DNA of 56,500 nucleotides, from the NCBI GenBank assembly GCA_040377495.1, contig JBEIOQ010000001.1:1-56500 (forward strand), given 5' to 3'. Positions 52,847 to 56,500 of the stretch are shown one piece after another. Both the position numbers and the translations under genes were made by a program. How positions within the stretch are numbered: the first letter of the stretch is position 1; the number at the start of each line of letters is the position of its first letter. The notes under the pieces were generated by a model. It saw only the letters and a program-made list of their open reading frames with translations, had not been told where the DNA came from and made no database searches. The stretch comes from Halobacteriovoraceae bacterium. Its GTDB lineage: Bacteria > Bdellovibrionota > Bacteriovoracia > Bacteriovoracales > Bacteriovoracaceae.

Positions 52847-54216
52847 TTTTTCACAATTTTATTCCAGTTAATAGGATAGCTTCCCCTCATCTCTTTTCCA
52901 CTCAAGCGATAGAACAATGAACTATTAAGATGTACGTCGCTAATTAAAATATTACCAGCTGGATACTTTTTGTTACTCTTTAATAAATGCTGGTTAATCT
53001 TACTTAAATCAGGACTTATCGAATGCATTTGAGCATAGATTTTCTCTGGAATAAAAGGACATTTCGCTACATAAACTGAAACATTGTTCCGTTTAATCGT
53101 TAGGTGGTCGGGGTCAGTAACATTATCAAGTGGGTAGACAAGGTTTCGATAAGCCAAGACATGAACTAGGGCCAAAAATTCAGAATAGAAATTTTTAGAA
53201 GCAAATCCCAAATGAGGATGATCATAATTTTTAAAAATAGTTTCTAAGGTGGGAGAATTAATTTTTAATTTTTTTTCAGCGACTAATAAATGTTTCGTAC
53301 CGGAATTATAAGCAGTGACAGATAAATCCCAACGTCCAAGAATACGGTAATTCTGCTTTAATAAGTGAAAGGCTGCAATAGTGGCGATGAAAGGATTACC
53401 TCTCCCATCAATAGTTTTATCTTTAGATATAACCTTAGACTCAATAATAGGCATGATTTGCCAGATACCACTAGCTCCAACTTTAGACCTTGCCCGAACA
53501 TTAAAACTTGATTCAAGAAATGGAATGGCCAGTATTTCCGTTGGGAGTTCAAAGATACGGGCTTGCTCTTCCATATAAGGTAAATATGGAATGGAATTCA
53601 CTACTCCGTTATAGATCATATCGCGTTGACCAGTTTGAGTTCGCACACCTTCAGCCAATTCTATAAAAAAACTTTTAGCACCAGCTTTGGATTTTGGGAC
53701 ATTATGGCCAGATAGTTTTATAAGATTTAGTAAGCGCTTGCTCGCAGAAGATGGGCCTTGTGGGTTTTTAGCTAATTCCATGATAATTTTCTTAATAAAT
53801 TGAACTCTATCCTCTGAGTATTTTTGCATCATACGATTTTTTACGAATCGATTAAGTGCTGATTTATTTACTTCGCTAAAATCCATGATGTCATAAATAA
53901 GTTTTAAGTTTGTACGATCATGAATAACAATATGGTCAGTACTGTATTGGGTATAAATCCCAAACCAAAAGCGGACAGAGTTAAAAAAATACTTCGGCAC
54001 TTTGAATTGGTTAGAAACTTTATTATCCCTATCCTGTAAAATACTCAAAACCAATTGATTAGATACAAGTGAAGTGGGTGATTTAATATTGGGGTGAATA
54101 GCATGACGAGAAAGAATATCTTCTGTCATCAGAAATTCGGATGTAAAAATGCTTTCAGGGGCAATTGCTGCTGTATTTAAAGAAATAAGCATTAGTACTA
54201 GTAAGAATTTTCTCAT
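52825..54216 (-). CDS. Lytic transglycosylase (SLT domain, MltD-like)
   Basis: 463 aa with a signal peptide. The SLT catalytic motif is IPFLESSFNVRARSKVGASGIWQIMP, followed by AYNSG. Its 3' end overlaps the convergent 731-aa ORF by 22 nt. Confidence 0.8.
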   Translation of the reverse strand: MRKFLLVLMLISLNTAAIAPESIFTSEFLMTEDILSRHAIHPNIKSPTSLVSNQLVLSILQDRDNKVSNQFKVPKYFFNSVRFWFGIYTQYSTDHIVIHDRTNLKLIYDIMDFSEVNKSALNRFVKNRMMQKYSEDRVQFIKKIIMELAKNPQGPSSASKRLLNLIKLSGHNVPKSKAGAKSFFIELAEGVRTQTGQRDMIYNGVVNSIPYLPYMEEQARIFELPTEILAIPFLESSFNVRARSKVGASGIWQIMPIIESKVISKDKTIDGRGNPFIATIAAFHLLKQNYRILGRWDLSVTAYNSGTKHLLVAEKKLKINSPTLETIFKNYDHPHLGFASKNFYSEFLALVHVLAYRNLVYPLDNVTDPDHLTIKRNNVSVYVAKCPFIPEKIYAQMHSISPDLSKINQHLLKSNKKYPAGNILISDVHLNSSLFYRLSGKEMRGSYPINWNKIVKNYRCSIK

Positions 54217-55400
54217 TTGAAACTCAAGTTACTAAAAACTTCCATGGTTTTTTTATAACCCATTTTCATAGCATGAGCTGCATGGTTAGGATTTAGCGAA
54301 AATGAATTAGTAAAAAAGATCTGATAATCATGGTGGTCAGGAAAAATATCAATGTGCTTAATTCGTGGGTTAAAATTTAATTTTCTTTCCAAAATATTCA
54401 TTAAATCTTTGCGTTGTGAATTAGAAAACCGATGACTTTTCATGTAGTCATTGACGGTGTTGAGAATATCACTCGCTACAGCACGTCGACTTCGACTTGC
54501 TACAATTTTCTTTTGAATCATAAGATAGATGGCCTGAAGACAAATAGCATGAAGACCATAATGGGCCAATGATCCTACTTCATCGTGATAGTGATACGGA
54601 GTATGTGTCCAGCTGCTTATAATATATTCACAACCATTATCTTCAGCCACGTGAGTTGATAGTGTCTCTCGGATTTCACCATCAATATAGTAATCTACTT
54701 GTTTAGTGTGAGGATTAGTCACTGGATAAGGCGTGTAAAATGGTGGAACGCTCATGGAGGCACAAGCAGCCTCCTTCACTGGTATTCCTGTATAATAAAC
54801 GGCGGTAGAATCGTGAGTTGGTTTGGGATAGTTATATTTACTGAAAATAACTTTTCGTGAATGATCTAACTGTGTCGCAATAATGAACAAATCTGCTTTG
54901 TAGTCTTCAAAGTCTTTAAACCTTAAAATATTATTTTCAATATATTCCCCCACACCTTCTGTAGAAAAAAATCCACTAAATGACATAAGAGGTTTAATAA
55001 TGTGCCGGGCAACTGGTGGAAAGTCAGCAAAAGGATCATAAATTCCCTTTTGTTTAGGGGTCAACTTAAAATTTTTCAAGTACAGCATTTCTTTATAACT
55101 AATTGGCTTAATTTTACTGTTTTTGATTTTTAGAAAACTATCAATTACATCTTGTGGGGTAAAACCATTAGCAAGGTAAAGATTAATTAAATTTCCAGCG
55201 CTTGATCCGACAAAGGTAGAAATCTCTAAACTTCCTTTGGCATCATTGGGATCATTTTTACCATGTGAAGCGAAGGTAAAACCTAACTCTTCAAGCGCCA
55301 GTGTTACGCCCAAATGCCAAGCCGCCGCTTTAACGACCCCACCAGAAAGAACTAGCGCCATCTTGGAATTTTTAAGTTCAGAGAGATTAGCTTTTTGCAT
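54213..55400 (-). CDS. Patatin-like phospholipase
   Basis: 395 aa. The oxyanion motif is SGGVVKAAAW, the nucleophile elbow is GSSAG, and the catalytic Asp motif is IDGEI. Confidence 0.82.
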   Translation of the reverse strand: MQKANLSELKNSKMALVLSGGVVKAAAWHLGVTLALEELGFTFASHGKNDPNDAKGSLEISTFVGSSAGNLINLYLANGFTPQDVIDSFLKIKNSKIKPISYKEMLYLKNFKLTPKQKGIYDPFADFPPVARHIIKPLMSFSGFFSTEGVGEYIENNILRFKDFEDYKADLFIIATQLDHSRKVIFSKYNYPKPTHDSTAVYYTGIPVKEAACASMSVPPFYTPYPVTNPHTKQVDYYIDGEIRETLSTHVAEDNGCEYIISSWTHTPYHYHDEVGSLAHYGLHAICLQAIYLMIQKKIVASRSRRAVASDILNTVNDYMKSHRFSNSQRKDLMNILERKLNFNPRIKHIDIFPDHHDYQIFFTNSFSLNPNHAAHAMKMGYKKTMEVFSNLSFK

Positions 55401-55528
55401 TTAGTCTCTATTATAAAAAAAAATAGCATTAAAAGCGAATAATTCCGCCTACTAATGTTTACTCTTTAAGCAAGTTTTGGGTATGATTGAATAGTCATGG
55501 ACTGACGTAATAATTTAAGGAGGAAAAG

Positions 55529-55858
55529 GTGACTGATAATATCGGACATTGGATATCCATACTTGATTATGCTCAACAAAAGGGCAAATCAATCTCCACC
55601 ATTCGCCGTAGCATTAAGGCCAACCTAATTAAATACAAATTAGAGGATGGTAAATATTTTATATATACCAATCTAAATCGCTCTCATAGCCTAAATAATG
55701 AACAAAACATCCTAGAAGAAAACTTTAAACTTAAAGAAAAAATCATCAAACTTACACACGAAAATGATGAATTAAAAATGCTAGTAAAAATTTACGAAGA
55801 AAGATCACAGCTTAGCTTTGATCTACCTTCATTACCAGAATTGAATAAAGAACATTAA
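55529..55858 (+). CDS. Small HTH DNA-binding protein with a C-terminal coiled coil
   Basis: 109 aa with a GTG start and an AAGGAGG Shine-Dalgarno sequence. A MerR/excisionase-like HTH is present (ISILDYAQQKGKSISTIRRSIKANLIKYKLEDGKYFI), followed by a leucine-zipper-like segment. Confidence 0.55.
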   Translation: MTDNIGHWISILDYAQQKGKSISTIRRSIKANLIKYKLEDGKYFIYTNLNRSHSLNNEQNILEENFKLKEKIIKLTHENDELKMLVKIYEERSQLSFDLPSLPELNKEH

Positions 55859-55866
55859 AAGGTTAT

Positions 55867-56500
55867 ATGAAAAAAATAATTATTAGTTTTATTCTTACTC
55901 TTTTCTTCAGCGCTAATCTCATGGCCGATACAAACATGAGGAAATGTACTTTGCTGCCTATAACTGATTCTGTGGCAGGAGCAATATCATACAAAATTTA
56001 TGAAGATATTGAAGCCTATTTAAAAGATAGCCGTTGGTGTTTATATAAAACTAATTCAGAAATTCTAAGCATTCTATCTAATTATAAAAGTAACCTTAAT
56101 AACTATCTAGATAATAAAGAGGTTTTAAAAGTAATTGCGGATAAACTTAAAGTAGGCTCACTTATAAAAATTAATCTTAATAGTTTAAAAGACGGTATCG
56201 AGGTTATTTTAACGGTATTAGGACCTAATGGTGAAGATGTTTTCTTCAAAGAAAAAAAAGAACTAGAGAGTGATGACTTAGAAGGAATTGGTAATCAGAT
56301 TAAGGACTGGTTAGAACTTTTTGCTGAAAATATTCCTTATGATGCAAAGGTGGTTGGAGTACTTGGTGATCAAATTACATTAGATGTAGGAAAGAAATTT
56401 GCCATTAGCGCTAATCAACCCTTCAATGTGAAACGTCCAGGGGCCAAGAGAAAGCATCCGTTATTACAAGAGATTGTAGAATATGAAACAATGCCAATTG
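55867..56500 (+). CDS. Hypothetical exported protein; only the 5' part is present because the gene runs off the right edge
   Basis: I hand-translated from the ATG at 55867: MKKIIISFILTLFFSANLMADTNMRKCTLLPITDSV... (signal peptide). The frame is open to the window end. It is absent from the ORF track because it is truncated. Confidence 0.6.
   Translation, partial: MKKIIISFILTLFFSANLMADTNMRKCTLLPITDSVAGAISYKIYEDIEAYLKDSRWCLYKTNSEILSILSNYKSNLNNYLDNKEVLKVIADKLKVGSLIKINLNSLKDGIEVILTVLGPNGEDVFFKEKKELESDDLEGIGNQIKDWLELFAENIPYDAKVVGVLGDQITLDVGKKFAISANQPFNVKRPGAKRKHPLLQEIVEYETMPI

Overview
This is an AT-rich, very gene-dense chromosomal window (most intergenic gaps are under 150 bp) that spans a bacterial replication-origin region.

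Gene content, left to right:
- A truncated GYF-domain gene.
- A 14-gene minus-strand operon made of two divergent complex-I membrane-arm sets. The order nuoA-H-J-K-L-M-N occurs twice, with no nuoB/C/D/E/F/G/I.
- mfd, two SurA/PrsA-like chaperones, pdxA and uvrA on the plus strand.
- atpE, atpB, atpI, an atpZ-like gene, a TPR protein, gyrA, gyrB, recF, dnaN, a putative oriC and dnaA on the minus strand.
- rpmH-rnpA-yidD-yidC-mnmE-mnmG-rsmG-parA-parB-bactofilin-atpF'FHAGDC on the plus strand.
- At the right end, an orphan 731-aa exported protein, an SLT lytic transglycosylase, a patatin-like lipase, a small HTH protein and a truncated exported protein.

I saw no rRNA, tRNA, CRISPR array, IS/transposase, integrase or prophage signal. 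This is core genome, not an accessory island. The gene order and the split atp arrangement fit a delta-proteobacterial or Bdellovibrio-like lineage, but that is only an inference because no database search was possible.

Observations worth a second look:
1. The double, peripheral-arm-less nuo membrane module. All proton-pathway residues I could check are intact in both sets.
2. An extension of about 26 residues with an internal repeat in the lateral-helix region of NuoL1.
3. A 15-bp quasi-palindrome, GGTCCTATAGAACCA. It occurs four times exactly plus variants, in two different reading frames and in intergenic DNA, including three in-frame copies inside mnmE.
4. Two perfect 16-bp palindromic parS sites bracketing mnmG-rsmG.
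5. An identical 14-nt leader motif behind the predicted rpmH and atpF promoters.

All functional calls come from reading the supplied translations and recognising family motifs. No numbers come from database searches.
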